From: Gammaproteobacteria bacterium
Lineage (GTDB): Bacteria > Pseudomonadota > Gammaproteobacteria > Arenicellales > Poriferihabitantaceae
NCBI GenBank assembly: GCA_009842505.1
Contig: VYFG01000103.1
Location: 2,214-66,213 of the forward strand
Length of the DNA stretch: 64,000 bases
Reading direction: 5' to 3'
The number at the start of each line of letters is the position of its first letter. Position 1 is the first letter of the stretch. A program made the translations under genes and the position numbers. This document shows, in pieces, positions 38,997 to 48,448 of the stretch. A model generated the notes under the pieces. That model did not search any database. It was not told the DNA's origin and was given only the letters and a program-made list of their open reading frames with translations.

Positions 38997-40085
38997 TCAC
39001 TGACCGGTCTTGATCGCCGTCCACGCGCGAGTCAGTCGTCGTGTGAACCTGTGGTCATCCGCCAAGTCCGGGAACAGGTTTGCCTTGACCTCGTCCGAAG
39101 GATAGATGGCAGGATCGTTTTTCACTTCGTCGAGCACATGGGGCAGCGATGCGCTGTTTGCATTCGCATAGAACACGTAATTGGTGATGGCGGCCGCGAC
39201 TTCCGGTTCCAGGATATAGTCGATGAACAGGTGCGCATTTTCCGGGTGAGGCGCATCCGCGGGAATGGCCAGGTTGTCAAACCACATGACTGAGCCTTCC
39301 CTGGGAATGACATAGTCGATTTCCACGCCCTGACCCGCCTCGGCGGCGCGGTCCCTGGCAATCAGCATGTCCCCGCTCCAGCCCATGGCTACACATACTT
39401 CACCGTTCGCCAGGTCATTGATGTTCTGTGACGAATGGAAGTACTTGATGAAGGGCCGGACTTTCAGCATGTGTTCCTTGAATGCTTCCACGTCAGACCT
39501 TTCATTGCTCAGCGGGTCCTTCCCGAGGTAGGCCATCACGATTCCGAACACTTCCGTAGGCGCATCCAGAACTGTAATGCCGCATCCGGCAAATTTCTCG
39601 GCGGTCGCAGGATCAAGGATCATGTCCCAGCTGTCCACTGGAGCATCCGCCATTACGTCTGCAACCTTGTTGATGTTGTAGCCGAATCCGGTGGTTCCCC
39701 ACATGTACGTCACGGCATGGGCGTTGTCCGGATCATGCGCCGCCATCCGTTCAAGGATGCCCGTATCCAGGTTGCCGTAGTTGCTGAGTTTGCCCTTGTC
39801 CAGCGGTGCGAAGACGCCAGCCTGGATCTGCCTTTCCAGAAAAGGCGCCGAAGGCACAACCACATCGTATCCGCTGCTGCCTGCGATCAGCTTTGCTTCC
39901 AGTATTTCGTTGGAGTCGAATACATCGTAGTTCACCTTGATTCCGGTACGGGATTCGAAGTTTGAAATGGTGTCTTCCGCAATGTAGTCAGACCAGTTGT
40001 AAACGTTCAGGACTTTTTCTTCCTGGGCGTCGGCACCGGTAACGAATGCCAGGGCGGTCGCCGTGTATAAAAGTTTTTTGTACAT
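38997..40085 (-). CDS. potF: periplasmic putrescine/spermidine-binding protein
   Basis: Signal peptide MYKKLLYTATALAFVTGADA, then LNVYNWSDYIAEDT...FE..TGIKV.YDVFDSNE, which is typical of PotF/SpuD. Confidence 0.9.
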   Translation of the reverse strand: MYKKLLYTATALAFVTGADAQEEKVLNVYNWSDYIAEDTISNFESRTGIKVNYDVFDSNEILEAKLIAGSSGYDVVVPSAPFLERQIQAGVFAPLDKGKLSNYGNLDTGILERMAAHDPDNAHAVTYMWGTTGFGYNINKVADVMADAPVDSWDMILDPATAEKFAGCGITVLDAPTEVFGIVMAYLGKDPLSNERSDVEAFKEHMLKVRPFIKYFHSSQNINDLANGEVCVAMGWSGDMLIARDRAAEAGQGVEIDYVIPREGSVMWFDNLAIPADAPHPENAHLFIDYILEPEVAAAITNYVFYANANSASLPHVLDEVKNDPAIYPSDEVKANLFPDLADDHRFTRRLTRAWTAIKTGQ

Positions 40086-40156
40086 TTGGGTTTCCTCTAC
40101 AGGTTCAGGGTTGATACCGCTTTGGCCATTTCAGCCAAAGTGCGAATTCATTTGCT

Positions 40157-40450
40157 TCAGTACCTTTCCATGGCTGGTGAATCTTGAAAGATGATTCGGG
40201 ATGTGCCGCCCGGCGCCTCTGAAAAACCAGGGATCCAGTCATGTTCCTCATGGACGCCGAATCCCGATCCGGTCACAAGCCGTCCATCCGCATGGCACGT
40301 ATCCTGGGGAAAGTCGCCGTCAAGTACCGCCCGGGTCTCGAGCCCGAAGCCGCCATCCTTCAGGAATCCCCCGAAGAAGTCGTCATGATGCCCGTGTTCG
40401 TCCCGCGGCTTGCCTGGTGATTTGCCGGTTTGCAAGATCCCGATTCTCAT
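40157..40450 (-). pseudogene. truncated class I glutamine amidotransferase (N-terminal ~85 aa only)
   Basis: MRIGILQTGKSPGKPRDEHGHHDDFF..FLKDGGFGLETRAVLDGDFPQ....ADGRLVTGSGFGVHEEHDWIP matches the N-terminus of COG0518-type GATases (normally about 240 aa). The nucleophile-Cys region is absent, and only 72 nt remain before potF. Confidence 0.65.
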
Positions 40451-40497
40451 TGCTGGAAAATTCTCTGTAAGGCGGTTCATAAGCATCCGGATCGGTT

Positions 40498-41808
40498 CTA
40501 GACGCCCAGGGAATCACGCATGGCATACCACCACGATCCGATCATGCAGTACTGCTCCCGGAACCTGCGCCCTCCCGGGAACGGGAACCAGCGCACTTTC
40601 GAGAACACATCGAACCGACGGGTATCCCCGTCGATCGCTTCCGACAGAATCCGGCCGAAAACGTGGGAAGCGGTGACCCCATGTCCGCTGTAGCCATGGG
40701 CAAAATAGGTGTTTGGTCCCAGGCGTCCCATCTGGGGTACCCGGGAAAATGACAGGGCAAAGTTGCCGCTCCAGGCGTAGTCGATCCTCACGCCCGCAAG
40801 GCCCGGAAAAATCTTCTCCATGTTGGGGCGAAGTTTTGATCTGATATCCGAAGGGTCGGTGCCGCCGTAAACGGTTCCGCCACCGAAAAGCAACCGCTTG
40901 TCCGCGGAAAGCCGGTAGTAATCGAGTACATAGCGGGTATCTTCGACACACAGGTCCGTGGGCAGCAGTTCACTGGCCCGGTCCGCCCCCAAAGGCTCCG
41001 TTGCAATCATCTGGGTGGATACCGGCATGATCCTGGGTGTCAACGGGCGCACTACCTTTCCGAGATATGCATTGCCGCAGATCACCAGCTTCCTGCATCG
41101 CACCTCGCCTTCGGCAGTGGTGATTCCGGGATTGTCGCCCTCGCAATTCACGGAAGTCACGGGAGACAATTCGTATATTTCCCCCCCGTTCCTTTCAACG
41201 GCGGCCGCTTCTCCCAGGCTCAGATTGAGCGGATGCATATGCCCGCCTGAGTGATCTATCATGCCGCCGATGTAGACATCCGTACCGACGTGCCGGCGGA
41301 TTTCTTCCCTGCCCAGGAGTTCGTGATCATCCATACCGTATTTGCGCCACAGTTCCTGCTTCGCCTCCAGTTCGCGCATTTGTCTGGCATTGAATACGGC
41401 GAACAGGTTCCCGGATTTGAGATCGCATTCAATCCCGTACTTCCGGACAGTTTCACGAATGATCTCGCCGCCTTCCTGTACCATGCCTCCAACGAATCCA
41501 CCGAATTCAGGGCCGTAACGCTTCTCGATGGTATGAAGGCTGGCATTGAGTCCGTTGACGATTTGCCCACCGTTGCGGCCTGAAGCCCCCCATCCCACAC
41601 GGGCGCCTTCAACAACGACGACGCTGTATCCTTTTTCAGCGAGGTGCAATGCCGTGGACAGACCGCTGTATCCGGCCCCCACAACACATACGTCCGTCTC
41701 CACGACTCCGGAAAGTGATCGTCGGGTCGGCGTCAGATTGGCCGAGGCGACGTAGTAGCTGGCAGGATAACTGCCGTCACCGGCATAACCGTTGACTCTT
41801 GATTCCAT
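40498..41808 (-). CDS. FAD-dependent oxidoreductase (gamma-glutamylputrescine oxidase PuuB-like)
   Basis: DVCVVGAGYSGLSTAL dinucleotide-binding motif, DAO-family length, and position next to the GS-like gene. Confidence 0.8.
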   Translation of the reverse strand: MESRVNGYAGDGSYPASYYVASANLTPTRRSLSGVVETDVCVVGAGYSGLSTALHLAEKGYSVVVVEGARVGWGASGRNGGQIVNGLNASLHTIEKRYGPEFGGFVGGMVQEGGEIIRETVRKYGIECDLKSGNLFAVFNARQMRELEAKQELWRKYGMDDHELLGREEIRRHVGTDVYIGGMIDHSGGHMHPLNLSLGEAAAVERNGGEIYELSPVTSVNCEGDNPGITTAEGEVRCRKLVICGNAYLGKVVRPLTPRIMPVSTQMIATEPLGADRASELLPTDLCVEDTRYVLDYYRLSADKRLLFGGGTVYGGTDPSDIRSKLRPNMEKIFPGLAGVRIDYAWSGNFALSFSRVPQMGRLGPNTYFAHGYSGHGVTASHVFGRILSEAIDGDTRRFDVFSKVRWFPFPGGRRFREQYCMIGSWWYAMRDSLGV

Positions 41809-43157
41809 CAGACGGTCTCCAGATAGCTGTGATACTCAAAATCCGTAACCCGACCGGTGAACACCTTGAGCTCCTGCCGTTTACAGGAGGCCAGCATTTT
41901 TCTCAGAACCGGTGAAAAGATCCGTTCCATGTACCGGCCTTGTTCGAACGCCTCGATTGCCGAGGCCCAATCGAAAGGCAGGTATTTCGTGGTCTGCGTG
42001 TAGGCATTGCCGACGACCGGTTCGGTCGGCTGAACCTGTTGCTCGATTCCTTCGGCTGCCGCGCCCAGCACACCGGCCAATACCAGATAAGGATTGGCAT
42101 CGGCACCGGCCACACGGTGTTCGATACGCCGAGCCGAATACGAGCCGCCGGGGATCCGTATGGCCGCGGTCCGGTTTTCGTAACCCCAAGAAACCCCGGT
42201 GGGAGCAAGCGAGCCCGGCTGCAGACGCCGATAGGAATTGAGATGCGGTGCAAACAGCAAGGTCGATTCGGTCATTGCTCCGAGCAGACCACCCACCGCA
42301 TGACGCAATGTGACGGATCCCAGATCGGTGCCATCGTTGAAAACGTTGTTGCCGTTTTCATCGAGCAGGCTGAAGTGAACGTGCATGCTGTTGCCTGCGC
42401 GATCGCCATAGGGTTTCGCCATGAAACTTGCGGCAAATCCGTGTTTTCGGGCGATTCCCTTGACGAGTCTCTTGAAAAGCACGGCGTCATCAGCGGCTTT
42501 CAACGGATCGTCTGCATGGAGTAGATTCAGTTCGAACTGGCCTGCACCGTTTTCAGCAATGGCTGCATCTGCCGGAATGTTTTGTGCAGTGCAGGCTGCA
42601 TAAACATCGTTGATAAAGGCTTCAAACTGGTCCAGCTCGTCAATGGAGAGAACACCGTCTCCATCCAGACGCCTGCCCGTGATCGGGGATTTCGGGGGCA
42701 TCGGAGGATTCGCATTCGGATCCACCAGATAGAACTCCAATTCCGTTGCCACCACCGCCGTCAGCCCCAACGCCGAGAACCGCTCAACGACCGCAGCCAG
42801 TGCCCGGCGGGAATCGCCCGGAAAAACGGAACCGTCTTCCTGGCGCAACCAGAGCGGAATCAGGGCAGTGGGCTTGGCCAACCAGTCCACTGGCGAGATT
42901 TCCCGGCCTGTCCATTCGCAGATTCCGTCCGCATCCCCTGTCTCAAAATCCGATTCACCGTCGGCAATATCCTCTCCCCAGATATCGACACGACTTACGG
43001 ACAAGGGCATGCGCAGATGACCCTCCAGTGCCTTTTTGGCCTGGTGTATGGGGACACTCTTGCCTCGCATGTTTCCATTGAGATCGCATACGGCCACCCG
43101 CAGGCTTTGGATTTCCGGATGCTTCCGGAGCCACTCCAGCATTTCAGTGACGGCCAT
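41808..43157 (-). CDS. glutamine synthetase family protein (gamma-glutamylpolyamine synthetase PuuA/PauA-like)
   Basis: GS catalytic-domain motifs (FMAKPY....GNSMHVHFSL, NRTAAIRIP, R.E.R..GADANPYL). Confidence 0.85.
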   Translation of the reverse strand: MAVTEMLEWLRKHPEIQSLRVAVCDLNGNMRGKSVPIHQAKKALEGHLRMPLSVSRVDIWGEDIADGESDFETGDADGICEWTGREISPVDWLAKPTALIPLWLRQEDGSVFPGDSRRALAAVVERFSALGLTAVVATELEFYLVDPNANPPMPPKSPITGRRLDGDGVLSIDELDQFEAFINDVYAACTAQNIPADAAIAENGAGQFELNLLHADDPLKAADDAVLFKRLVKGIARKHGFAASFMAKPYGDRAGNSMHVHFSLLDENGNNVFNDGTDLGSVTLRHAVGGLLGAMTESTLLFAPHLNSYRRLQPGSLAPTGVSWGYENRTAAIRIPGGSYSARRIEHRVAGADANPYLVLAGVLGAAAEGIEQQVQPTEPVVGNAYTQTTKYLPFDWASAIEAFEQGRYMERIFSPVLRKMLASCKRQELKVFTGRVTDFEYHSYLETV

Positions 43158-43240
43158 GGAAATTCTGTCCCAAAGTTATTTTTGATAGCTATTTCCTGTT
43201 TTATATCATAATATATATTTTGTGATCAAATAATTTATTT

Positions 43241-43268
43241 TGTATCATTTTTGGATAAAATTGATACA
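43241..43268. promoter_or_regulatory. inverted repeat TGTATCA-N14-TGATACA in the AT-rich puuA/gntR divergent intergenic region (candidate GntR-type operator)
   Basis: Arms at 43241-43247 and 43262-43268, read directly. A GT...AC core is typical of FadR/GntR operators. Confidence 0.35.
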
Positions 43269-43317
43269 TTGTTTTGCAAACAAGCAGAACCCAGCCGACA
43301 TAACCTATTGATAATTA

Positions 43318-44019
43318 ATGGATAATTCCATTTTCCTTCCGGATATCCCTCTCTCGGACTTCGAAACCACGCAGAACTATGCGTATCTCCGCCTGCGGAA
43401 TGCCTTGATGGTGGGCGCCATCAGTCCCGGCATTGCCATCACGATCCAGGATATTTCGGAGTCACTGGAGGTGAGTGCGACCCCGGTTCGTGAAGCCCTG
43501 CGCCAGCTTTGCTCCGAGAACGCCCTGCAGTCGCTGAAAAACCGTCGAATCATGGTGCCCGTCATGACACCGGCAAGGTTAGAGGAACTCATTTCCCTGA
43601 GGTGCGCATTGGAGATGTACGCCGCGAAACGTGCGCTGCCTTACATCAACAATATGGAGATCGACAACCTGGAGCGGATAGACAACCAGCTGGACCAGGC
43701 CCAAAGCGAAGAAAACTGGAGTGAAATGGTTCTGTTGAACCAGCGCTTTCACTCGGGTCTGTACGTGGCCAATCCCAACCAGGTGGTCATGCCGATGATA
43801 GAAAGCATCTGGCTGCAACTGGGGCCGTTCATGGGTGTGGCCGCAAAGTACCAACAGGAGTTCTATATTGTCGACCACCATAAGGAAGCGATCGCGGCAC
43901 TGCGCCAGAACGATCCGGTCATACTGGAATCGGCGATAGAAGCGGATATCCGCGATGGTGTCGGTCAACTGAATCCGGAGAAGTTGCAAAGCATTCTTCT
44001 GGAGCGGCAGACAAAGTAA
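43318..44019 (+). CDS. GntR-family transcriptional regulator (FCD/FadR-like C-terminal domain)
   Basis: wHTH region YAYLRLRNALMVGAISPG..I.IQDISESLEVSATPVREALRQL and a helical FCD-like C-terminus. Confidence 0.82.
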   Translation: MDNSIFLPDIPLSDFETTQNYAYLRLRNALMVGAISPGIAITIQDISESLEVSATPVREALRQLCSENALQSLKNRRIMVPVMTPARLEELISLRCALEMYAAKRALPYINNMEIDNLERIDNQLDQAQSEENWSEMVLLNQRFHSGLYVANPNQVVMPMIESIWLQLGPFMGVAAKYQQEFYIVDHHKEAIAALRQNDPVILESAIEADIRDGVGQLNPEKLQSILLERQTK

Positions 44020-44104
44020 AAGAGGCCACGGTCGCGGCAGGAGCGGCGGATTTTGCCACCCCGTAAATGTACAGAGAGGTGCCCGTGCGCCGGGGGGGCA
44101 CTCC

Positions 44105-44149
44105 TTGACAGGCGCTTCGACTTTTGATAAAAAAACAAACATCTGTTTG
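44105..44149 (+). promoter_or_regulatory. candidate promoter TTGACA-N17-TAAAAA with an adjacent 14-bp palindrome CAAACAtcTGTTTG (candidate TetR operator)
   Basis: TTGACA at 44105-44110, TAAAAA at 44128-44133 and the palindrome at 44136-44149, directly upstream of the TetR gene start (44166). Confidence 0.45.
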
Positions 44150-44165
44150 GTTAAAAAAATAATCG

Positions 44166-44750
44166 ATGGTCACTCCCGTACGCCGCGCCAACAACCGCAA
44201 CGACCGACTGCTCGACGAGGCGGCGCGGCTGTTCGCCGCCCAGGGCTACCGCGAGACGACCATGCGGGACATCGCCGCGGCGGCCGGCATGCTGCCCGGT
44301 TCCATCTACTATCACCACCCGTCCAAAACCGAGCTACTGGTCGCCGTCTACGAGAAGGGCGTCGAGGGCCTGTGCCAGCGGTTCGACGCCGCGGTCGCCG
44401 GTGTTGCCGACCCGTGGGAACGGCTGGGGAAGGCCCTGGACGTTCACCTGGAGACGGTGCTCGACCAGAGCGACTACGCGCGGGTCATGGTCCGGGTGCT
44501 GCCCGAGCACCTGCCCGGGTCAGCCCAGGAACTTGCCCGGCTCCGTGACGGTTACGAGGACCGCATCGCCGGACTCATCGATGCACTGCCCCTCAACGGG
44601 GGGATCGATCCGAAGATGCTGCGGTTCCTGATTCTCGGCGCCGCCAACTGGGCACAGACCTGGTACCGACCGGGCATGACGAGCCCCGCTGAGGTGGCGC
44701 GGCAGTTCCTGCTCATCGTGCAGCGGCCCATGGAGGGGAGCGTTGGCTGA
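44166..44750 (+). CDS. TetR/AcrR-family transcriptional regulator
   Basis: N-terminal HTH LLDEAARLFAAQGYRETTMRDIAAAAGMLPGSIYYHHPSK. Confidence 0.88.
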   Translation: MVTPVRRANNRNDRLLDEAARLFAAQGYRETTMRDIAAAAGMLPGSIYYHHPSKTELLVAVYEKGVEGLCQRFDAAVAGVADPWERLGKALDVHLETVLDQSDYARVMVRVLPEHLPGSAQELARLRDGYEDRIAGLIDALPLNGGIDPKMLRFLILGAANWAQTWYRPGMTSPAEVARQFLLIVQRPMEGSVG

Positions 44751-45180
44751 GACCCGGACATCACCCGCGCGGGTGCTGGTCACCAAGATCGGCCTCGACG
44801 GCCATGACCGCGGCAGCCGCATCGTCGCCGCGTATCTCCGCGACGCCGGCATGGACGTGATCTACACGCCGCCGTGGCAGACCATCGATGCCGTCGTCGC
44901 CCAGGCGTTGCAGGAGGACGTTGACGTCGTCGGGCTGAGCTCCCTGGCCACCGACCACCTGATCGTGCCCGACCTGATCGCAGCCCTGCGCAAGGCCGGG
45001 CTGGAGCACGTCGGTGTCGTCGTCGGCGGGATCGTTCCCGAAGACGAGCACGGCATGCTCACCGGGGCCGGGGTTGCCGGCATCTTCGGCCCCGGCGCGC
45101 GCCGCAATGACATCATCGACGCCGTTGCCGCGTTGGCCGCCAAGGCCCGGACGGCCCGGCTCGAAACCCTGGGGATATAG
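44743..45180 (+). CDS. cobalamin-binding small subunit of an acyl-CoA mutase
   Basis: B12-binding DxHxxG motif (GLDGHDRGS) and a Rossmann-like SSL...H region. The start codon is uncertain (TTG 44743 or GTG 44773). Confidence 0.85.
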   Translation: MAETRTSPARVLVTKIGLDGHDRGSRIVAAYLRDAGMDVIYTPPWQTIDAVVAQALQEDVDVVGLSSLATDHLIVPDLIAALRKAGLEHVGVVVGGIVPEDEHGMLTGAGVAGIFGPGARRNDIIDAVAALAAKARTARLETLGI

Positions 45181-45183
45181 ACC

Positions 45184-46872
45184 ATGACTGCACCCACAAC
45201 CGCAAGACAACTGACCTTACCCGACTTCGATGCCCGGCAGGACCGGTGGCAAAGGGACTATACGGCTCAGATCGGCGAGGACCGCCGGGTCACAAACCGT
45301 TCCGGCCTGGAAATCCGGCCCCTCTATACGCCGGTCGACTGGTCGGGAGAGCGCTATCTCAACGATCTCGGGTTCCCCGGCACGCCGCCGTTCACCCGCG
45401 GCATCTATCCGACCATGCACCGCGGCCGCACCTGGAGCCAGCGCCAGCTCGTCGGCCTCGGCACTCCCGAGGACTACAACGAGCGGGTGCGGAACCTCCT
45501 GGCGGCCGGCACCTCGGCCATCAGCCTGATCCCCTGCAATTCGGTGTTCCGCGGCGAGGACTGCGACGACATCCCGCTGCCGCTGCTCGGCACCTGCGGC
45601 ACGGTGATCAACAGCGCAGACGATATGGCCGTCTCCCTGGAGGGCGTCCCCGTCGGCGACATTTCGACGGCGATGAACGACCCGTCACCGTTCACGTTGC
45701 TGGCGTTCCTGCTCGCCGTCGCCAAACGCCGTGGCGTTCCGTGGCAGCGGATCACCGGCACCTCCAACCAGAGCGACTACATCTCGCATTTTGCAGCCAA
45801 CCACATGTTCTTCCGCCTCGCCCTGCCGGGTGCCCGGCGGATCATCGTCGATCACATCGCGTTTTGCCGCGAGCACGTGCCCAACTGGAATCCGCTCTCG
45901 GTAGTGGGTCAGCACATGCAGCAGGCGGGCGCCACCCCGGCCGAAGCCATGGGACTCACCCTCTCCTCGGCCATCCAGTACGCCGAGGACTGCGTGGCCC
46001 GCGGCATGGACGTGGACGACGTGCTGCCGCGCTTCACCTTCTTCTTCGACATCTCCATCAGCTTCTTCGAAGAGGTCGCCAAGTTCCGCGCCGGCCGGCG
46101 GATCTGGGCACGCATCGCTCGCGACCGTCTCGGCGCCCGGGACCCGCGTTCGTGGCGGTTCAAGTTCCATGCCCAGACTTCGGGCATCGACCTCACCGCC
46201 CAGCAGCCGCTCAACAACATCGCCCGCGTCGCCACCCAGGCCATCGCCGGCATCTTCGGCGGCCTGCAGTCCATGCACACGGACGCCTACGACGAGGCGA
46301 TCTCCTGCCCGACGGAGGAGGCGGCGCGCGTCGCGGTCGCCACCCAGAACATCCTCCGCGAGGAGGCGCACCTCTGCGACGTCATCGATCCTCTCGGCGG
46401 CTCCTATTACGTAGAGACCCTGACTGACCAGATGGAAGCCGAGATCGAAGCGGTCATCGCCGGGATCGACGCTGCCGGCGGAATGTACAAGGCGGTCGAG
46501 ACAGGCAAGGTCCAGGCCATGCTCGGCCGCTCGGCGCTGGCCGCCCAGGAGCGGATCGAGTCAGGAGCCGAGAAGGTGGTCGGCGTCAACTGCTACACCG
46601 ACGACAACGAGACCGTGGTGTCGCCGCCGCCCTATCGCCCCGACCCGGAAGCGATGCGCGCCCACGTCGAGCGCTGCAAGGCCTACAAGGCCGGGCGCAA
46701 CCAGGGCGAGGTTGCGAAGGCCATAGACGCGCTGGCGCGCGCGGCGAACGACGAGACAGAAAACGTCTTCGCCAGCGTCGTCGAGGCCGCCGAGAGCGGC
46801 GTCACCCATGGCGAGATCGTCGGCTGCCTCAGGCAAGAATTCGGCTTCGGCGATCCGCTGATCGTCGAATAA
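45184..46872 (+). CDS. methylmalonyl-CoA mutase family large (substrate-binding) subunit, substrate not assignable
   Basis: Collinear with the MCM alpha TIM-barrel: [55 protein letters not shown] and MHTDAYDEA. Canonical substrate residues differ (see findings). Confidence 0.85.
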   Translation: MTAPTTARQLTLPDFDARQDRWQRDYTAQIGEDRRVTNRSGLEIRPLYTPVDWSGERYLNDLGFPGTPPFTRGIYPTMHRGRTWSQRQLVGLGTPEDYNERVRNLLAAGTSAISLIPCNSVFRGEDCDDIPLPLLGTCGTVINSADDMAVSLEGVPVGDISTAMNDPSPFTLLAFLLAVAKRRGVPWQRITGTSNQSDYISHFAANHMFFRLALPGARRIIVDHIAFCREHVPNWNPLSVVGQHMQQAGATPAEAMGLTLSSAIQYAEDCVARGMDVDDVLPRFTFFFDISISFFEEVAKFRAGRRIWARIARDRLGARDPRSWRFKFHAQTSGIDLTAQQPLNNIARVATQAIAGIFGGLQSMHTDAYDEAISCPTEEAARVAVATQNILREEAHLCDVIDPLGGSYYVETLTDQMEAEIEAVIAGIDAAGGMYKAVETGKVQAMLGRSALAAQERIESGAEKVVGVNCYTDDNETVVSPPPYRPDPEAMRAHVERCKAYKAGRNQGEVAKAIDALARAANDETENVFASVVEAAESGVTHGEIVGCLRQEFGFGDPLIVE

Positions 46873-47876
46873 TGCCGGACACCACCCCCCGCACGGTGCC
46901 CCGTCAGCGACTGATCGACCGGCTCCGGGCCGGCGAACCGGCGGCGCTGGCGCGGGCCCTCACCCTGACCGAGACAGGCGGTGCAGACGCCCAGACGCTC
47001 CTGCGCCAGATCCACGGGGACCAGCACGGAGACCCCGCACGTCATGCCGTCGTCGTCGGGTTCACCGGCCCGCCCGGCGTCGGCAAGTCGACCCTGATCA
47101 GCGCCTACGTCCGCACGCTCCGTGGCGAGGGTCGCACCGTCGCCGTCCTTGCCGTCGATCCCACCAGCCCGAAAAGCGGCGGCGCCATTCTCGGCGACCG
47201 CGCGCGCATGGGCGAACATGCCGTCGATCAAGGCGTGTTCATCCGCTCGCTGGCGGCGCGCAGCCACCTGGGCGGGCTGACGCTCAACATCCATGCGCTG
47301 GTCGACGTGGTCGCCGCCGCCGGCTGGGACGTTATCGTCCTGGAGACCGTCGGCACCGGCCAGTCGGAGATAGAGGTTGCCAACGTCGCCGACGTCACCG
47401 TGGTGATCAACGCCCCCGGTCTCGGCGATGAGGTGCAAGCGCTGAAGGCCGGCATCCTGGAGATCGCCGACGTACTGGTGGTCAACAAGGCCGACCTGCC
47501 GGGTGCCGCGCGGACCGAGCAGCAACTGGGCACAATGCTCCACCTCCGCCCCGACGACGCCCCCGAGATCCCTGTCATCCCCACCGTGGCCGCCGAAGGT
47601 GAAGGACTCGACCCCCTGACCACCGCCATCGACTCCCGCGCCGCCACCATCACCCCGGCCGGGCGCGCCCGGCGCGCCCGATCCCACGCCGTCGACCTCA
47701 TTGCCGAAGCCGCCGGCCGCCGCGTCCGCGAGCGGTTCCGGGGACCCGAGGCCGCCGCTCTTGATGCCCTTAGCCGCCGCCTCCTTGCCGGCGAGATCAA
47801 TGCCGACGAAGCGGCAAGGCTGGCATTGCTTTCCCAACCTGCGGGCAGCCCGCTGCCACCGGATATCCCAAAGTAG
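46872..47876 (+). CDS. meaB: methylmalonyl-CoA mutase-associated GTPase (MeaB/ArgK family)
   Basis: P-loop GFTGPPGVGKSTLI, ETVGTGQSE and VVNKADL (NKxD). Its start overlaps the mutase stop. Confidence 0.9.
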   Translation: MPDTTPRTVPRQRLIDRLRAGEPAALARALTLTETGGADAQTLLRQIHGDQHGDPARHAVVVGFTGPPGVGKSTLISAYVRTLRGEGRTVAVLAVDPTSPKSGGAILGDRARMGEHAVDQGVFIRSLAARSHLGGLTLNIHALVDVVAAAGWDVIVLETVGTGQSEIEVANVADVTVVINAPGLGDEVQALKAGILEIADVLVVNKADLPGAARTEQQLGTMLHLRPDDAPEIPVIPTVAAEGEGLDPLTTAIDSRAATITPAGRARRARSHAVDLIAEAAGRRVRERFRGPEAAALDALSRRLLAGEINADEAARLALLSQPAGSPLPPDIPK

Positions 47877-47929
47877 GCCCGCCCACCAGAAACACCACTC
47901 CTTGGAGTACGGATCGCAGGGATGTTCCT

Positions 47930-48151
47930 TCAAGCAGTGGTTTTGAGGCATTCCGCTTCATGCTTGAGTACGGATGCGACCTGCCAGGCCTCGACTTCGG
48001 GATACCATTCCAGGAATTCCTGCACAGTGGCGCCGCTCTCCAGGTTTTCAAAGAGGGCGTAGACCGGCACTCTCGTTCCAGTGAAGGCCCAGGCACCACT
48101 GATTTTGCGGGGGCTTCTCTCCACCGCCTTGCATTCTGAACAGTTGGTCAT
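47930..48151 (-). CDS. DUF433 domain protein (antitoxin-like small HTH protein)
   Basis: ISGAWAFTGTRVPVYALFENLESGATVQEFLEWYPEV matches the DUF433 core (G.P...GTR.PV..l...l..G.s..Eil..YP.l). Confidence 0.7.
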   Translation of the reverse strand: MTNCSECKAVERSPRKISGAWAFTGTRVPVYALFENLESGATVQEFLEWYPEVEAWQVASVLKHEAECLKTTA

Positions 48152-48435
48152 GGTCTTGCCTCCTGTTCTTTGTCGTGCCGGGTATTCAGTGAATATTGTT
48201 CTGACAGAATTGAATTTACTCCATCTCGGTATGATATCGGGCCCGTTTGCGGAAGTCCCGCCGCCGCTTCCCAGACGTCAACCTTGATCAGGGACTCGGC
48301 CTGGCTTGCCGCGCAGACCTCGACGAACTTTTCCATCCTTCCTTCTCTGCGCGCCGATGACACGAAATTAAACCGCATGGGCAACGGCCGCGAGGTTGGC
48401 AACTGACCGGCACATGCATTCATCAAGGCAAGCAT
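48148..48435 (-). CDS. hypothetical protein (95 aa), translationally coupled to the DUF433 gene
   Basis: AGGAAA Shine-Dalgarno 7 nt upstream of ATG 48435, and a 4-nt ATGA-type overlap with the downstream DUF433 start. I recognise no family. Confidence 0.5.
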   Translation of the reverse strand: MLALMNACAGQLPTSRPLPMRFNFVSSARREGRMEKFVEVCAASQAESLIKVDVWEAAAGLPQTGPISYRDGVNSILSEQYSLNTRHDKEQEARP

Positions 48436-48448
48436 CGATATTTTCCTG

